Positions 62,484 to 64,000 of a stretch of DNA of 64,000 nucleotides are shown one piece after another. Within the stretch, counting starts at the first letter, position 1; each line of letters starts with the position of its first letter. Position numbers and translations under genes: made by a program. This DNA is from Eledone cirrhosa (taxonomy: Eukaryota), in the NCBI GenBank assembly GCA_964016885.1, contig OZ024743.1:368094001-368158000 (forward strand), given 5' to 3'. The notes below the pieces were generated by a model, which was given only the letters and a program-made list of their open reading frames with translations, had not been told where the DNA came from and did no database searches.

Positions 62484-64000
62484 ATGGGAGGTGGGAGTAG
62501 CAGTGCTGTTTAGGAAAGGCTTGGACCTCGAGGTAAGGTCGATCTTCCAGGACCTGGATGGTAAGTTGGTGGTCTTGGATGTGAACAATAGCGAAGGTGG
62601 TGCCTTTAGACTGCTGGCCGTCTACGCTCCTACCGGGGCTAGACTATTGGACTTCTTTAGGCGCCTGGAAGCGTTTTTGGGTTCATCTCACCCTTTATTG
62701 TTAGCGGAGGACTGGCATCTTAGATGTGTGTGAGTAGCTGATAGGAGTGGGGGTTGGGTGGGTGCAAAAGCCTGAAGCACCTAATCAGCCAGTTCCAACT
62801 GTCTGACGGGTACCGACTGGATTTCCCCAATGCACCAGTGTGGACAGGGTCATCTAGATCGTATATAGACAGGATCTTCATTAGGAAAATAGATAGAAAT
62901 AGTGTAGGCTGCCCACTTTTTAAAATGGTCGCCTATTCAGATCACCAATTTGTGATCTGTTTGGTCGACCTAAATAAAACGCATAGGCTAGGACCTGGTT
63001 ACTGGAAGCTGAACCTGTCATTTCCGGCACGTAAGGCTTACAGGGACCGGGTCAACAATTTAGTTAAGTAGAAGTTGACAGGGGGATCATCAACAACAGA
63101 TGGTGGGGGCTCTCAAAAGAGAGATTAGAGTAACTTCGATAGGGTTTAGCAAAGAAGTAGCGTTAGAGAAAAATAGAAAGGAGGGGGAGCTGGTAGATAA
63201 GCTAGACGAAGCTATTTGTAGTGGCATTGCAACGGATGTGCTAGCGGCGAGAATAGCATTAGACTATTTTTTCAATGCGAAACACGAAGGTTGCATTGTT
63301 AGAGCTAAGGTACGTTCTCTGAGAAATGAGGGAACCAAAGCTGTTCGATGGGCCTGTGTGGCGGAAGCGCAGCATGGTAATAAAGCTACAATTTGGTGTT
63401 TGACGGACCAAGGCGAACATGAGCTGAGCGATTCCAAGCAGATATGTGAGGCCTTTTGCCAGCACTTTGCTTGGTTGTTCAGGGAGAGTGGCAGGTCAGA
63501 GACAGTAGCGGACTTCAGTCCCTACCTTGTCAGCTTGGCATCTTGACAGTCGACTCTGAGCACTGCAAAAGGCTGATTACTTCAGCCAAAATTCAGGACG
63601 CCTTTGTCGGCTGTGCGAGGCACGAGTCTCCCGGGTTGGATGGCCTGCCCTACGAACTTTACGTAAATATGCCAGACTTGTTCTCCAATCACCTTTAAGC
63701 GCTCTACTGCAACTGGCAGCAGAATGGGATTATTTCCAGTTCTGTGAGCAGGCGAGTGGTGACACTGATAAGGAAAGATGAGAACAAGAGGGCTACATTA
63801 GACAACTTCAGGCCCATAACTCTGCTCAACACAGAGTTTAAGATTTTGGCCAAGGTCTTAGCAAAGAGATTGGTGCTTGTCGTCGAGGATTTGGTTGGGG
63901 AAGCGCAAACTTGCGCAATTCCAGCCAGGTCCATACACGACAACCTCCACCTCATGTGATACATCATAGAGAGGGTAGGGTGTAAACCTGGTGGGGCACT
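62484..64000 (+). mobile_element. Second, more decayed Tx1/L1-clade LINE copy (APE + RT start), running off the window
   Basis: GVAVLF, LLAVYAP, YIDRIF, SDH, GPGYWKLN, SPGLDGLPYE and NFRPITLLNTE. Clearly homologous to 11311-12081. Confidence 0.9.

Noticed and set aside
1-64000. CRISPR array or prokaryotic operon
   Set aside because: No regularly spaced repeat-spacer array; the sequence is intron-containing eukaryotic DNA.

Overview
AT-rich, repeat-dense eukaryotic DNA. The SINE/LINE repertoire and the (TA)n load suggest an octopus or other coleoid mollusc; this is inference. One host gene is visible: six phase-consistent + strand exons between 33490 and 61007, encoding an F5/8-type C (discoidin) domain followed by laminin-G domains, i.e. 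a neurexin IV / contactin-associated protein (CNTNAP)-like gene. Its first and last exons were not found in the window. The rest is mobile-element debris: Tx1/L1-, RTE-, CR1-, Hero- and R4/Dong-like LINEs, two tRNA-SINE families, 5S-derived sequences, non-autonomous Helitrons, and a Penelope-like element (RT + GIY-YIG) with ~1.09 kb inverted arms. The most interesting signal is a cluster of type I hammerhead ribozyme motifs. One lies in each Penelope arm (U3-A8 core variant). Others lie in small non-coding elements inserted in (TA)n, built as an inverted fragment plus a hammerhead-bearing segment; two are terminally redundant monomers of ~340 and ~480 nt. These look like retrozyme-like, possibly circular-RNA-derived elements mobilised by Penelope machinery.
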